Of a stretch of DNA of 64,000 bases, positions 62,899 through 64,000 are shown in pieces. This DNA is from Peribolospora baueri (taxonomy: Eukaryota): contig JAMDHS010000100.1 in assembly GCA_029717555.1 (NCBI GenBank), forward strand, positions 1-64,000, given 5' to 3'. Position 1 is the stretch's first letter; every line of letters starts with the position of its first letter. The position numbers and the translations under genes are program-made. The notes beneath the pieces were generated by a model, which worked only from the letters and a program-made list of their open reading frames with translations, was not told the DNA's origin and searched no databases.

Positions 62899-62951
62899 GA
62901 TGCCTTCCCTCTTCCCGCCTTCCTAGTCAGGGCCCCTTCTTCGACGCCAGC

Positions 62952-64000
62952 ATGGAGCGCTGGTCCACTCTCGTGCCCACCAAGCTCCATGGCTCGAGTC
63001 TGCACAAACCAACCGCCGTCTCCTCGGTCGACAATTCGTACGAAGCCATCGGCCAACTGCCTCTCGCCGTCGTCCTCCGCATCCTCCAGTACACGTCCAT
63101 ACCCGACCTCCCCAACGTAGCCCGATGTTGCAGGCGCTTGGCCGCCTTTGTTAAAGATGAACGTTTGTGGGCATTCAAGCTTGCCGTACTCGACTGGGCC
63201 GAGGACGAGACAGACCGAGGTGCTGCAGGGCGGGGACAGGCGCAGACGGCAGGCCCTCCAGGGCCGGCTGAACGCTTCTCTCTGTCGTCTCCGAAGAGAG
63301 CGATCAAGCCTCCATTACTGGCGGCAGCGACGGACGATGACTTTGGCGTCTTTACCGCTGGCCGCACATCTGGCGCGAGCGGTGTTGAAAGGGAGGAGGA
63401 GGACGATTTTGGGGATTTCACTGGCAGTGCCGACCGTCCCCCATCGTCGACAGCGGCGAATACGGGAAACTTGCTCTCTTTTGACGACGTCGATGGCCTC
63501 GACTCTCTCGCTCCCATCACTTCAGCGACCGTCGCTGCGCCAGTCTCCCATCCCTCTCGTCCGCCAACCAATGGTTCGGCCGCACCCGGCGGCCTCCCCC
63601 GCTCATCACTCTACGTCTTCCGCTCCCACCATGCTGCCCTCCTTCCCACACTGTTGTCCCTCCGAACATCCCCCCCCTCTGCCCTTCTCTCGCATCCTAG
63701 CGCACCCAAAGAGTCGACTCTGATAGATCAAGCCGCTTTCCTCAGCCGACTCGCGCGGTTCATTCACCCTCTATTGGAGCCGACCCGTGATATCAGAGGC
63801 GTAAATGGTCTCGAGGCTAGGCTGGCCGAGGGCATGGACTACTTCGAGGGAATGTGCCTCGCCACATTCGAAAGCGCCGACGAGCGCTTCTCCGCATCCT
63901 CGCAACAATCCGCCTCTTCGACGACGCACGGGAGCGAGGAGACGATGAGGACGGCCGCATATGCGCTTTGGGAGCTGGGAAGGCCCTCGACGGCGGTGTG
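62952..64000 (+). CDS. RCY1: F-box protein, recyclin-1-like (runs off window end)
   Basis: MERWSTLVP, F-box IGQLPLAVVLRILQYTSIPDLPNVARCCRRL..DERLW, DDDFGDF motifs; frame appears open to window end. Confidence 0.75.
   Translation, partial: MERWSTLVPTKLHGSSLHKPTAVSSVDNSYEAIGQLPLAVVLRILQYTSIPDLPNVARCCRRLAAFVKDERLWAFKLAVLDWAEDETDRGAAGRGQAQTAGPPGPAERFSLSSPKRAIKPPLLAAATDDDFGVFTAGRTSGASGVEREEEDDFGDFTGSADRPPSSTAANTGNLLSFDDVDGLDSLAPITSATVAAPVSHPSRPPTNGSAAPGGLPRSSLYVFRSHHAALLPTLLSLRTSPPSALLSHPSAPKESTLIDQAAFLSRLARFIHPLLEPTRDIRGVNGLEARLAEGMDYFEGMCLATFESADERFSASSQQSASSTTHGSEETMRTAAYALWELGRPSTAV

Noticed and set aside
1..64000. CRISPR arrays or prokaryotic operon/defence systems; many long antisense ORFs
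   Set aside because: The DNA is eukaryotic and spliced with no repeat-spacer array, and the antisense ORFs are expected shadows of GC-rich coding sequence

Overview
This is a gene-dense, GC-rich, intron-rich fungal chromosome segment. Short GT-AG introns with CTRAC-like branch sites and the gene set point to a basidiomycete; Pucciniomycotina is a guess. It holds about 24 mostly housekeeping genes: a WD40 protein, PhyH dioxygenase, TAL1, LCB1, a 2OG-Fe(II) oxygenase, a lysine methyltransferase, an AVO2-like ankyrin protein, SDH4, a FAD/folate carrier, PRE1, BPL1, an SDR, a sacsin-like GHKL ATPase, a G-patch zinc finger protein, UBR7-like, CSE1, RRP9, an SR protein, a Zn2Cys6 factor, a CobW GTPase, Asteroid-like, SPO7 and RCY1. 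There is also an intron-containing tRNA-Thr(UGU). The most unusual feature is a ~3.1 kb accessory island (43364-46436) between the divergent CSE1 and RRP9 genes. It is a degenerate palindrome of a Mutator-like (MULE) transposase 5' half, folded back at ~45236 with a 98-bp near-perfect hairpin at its centre. Its left arm carries a TATA-preceded spliced Lys-rich/CxxC gene remnant joined to a Helitron RepHel fragment, an architecture resembling a 'Mu killer'-type hairpin silencing locus. Other leads are a GHKL ATPase fused to a C-terminal HExxH zincin and an unusually long intron splitting SWQ|DLKD in the SR gene. Gene models were assembled by eye, so exon boundaries are approximate and no database searches were run.
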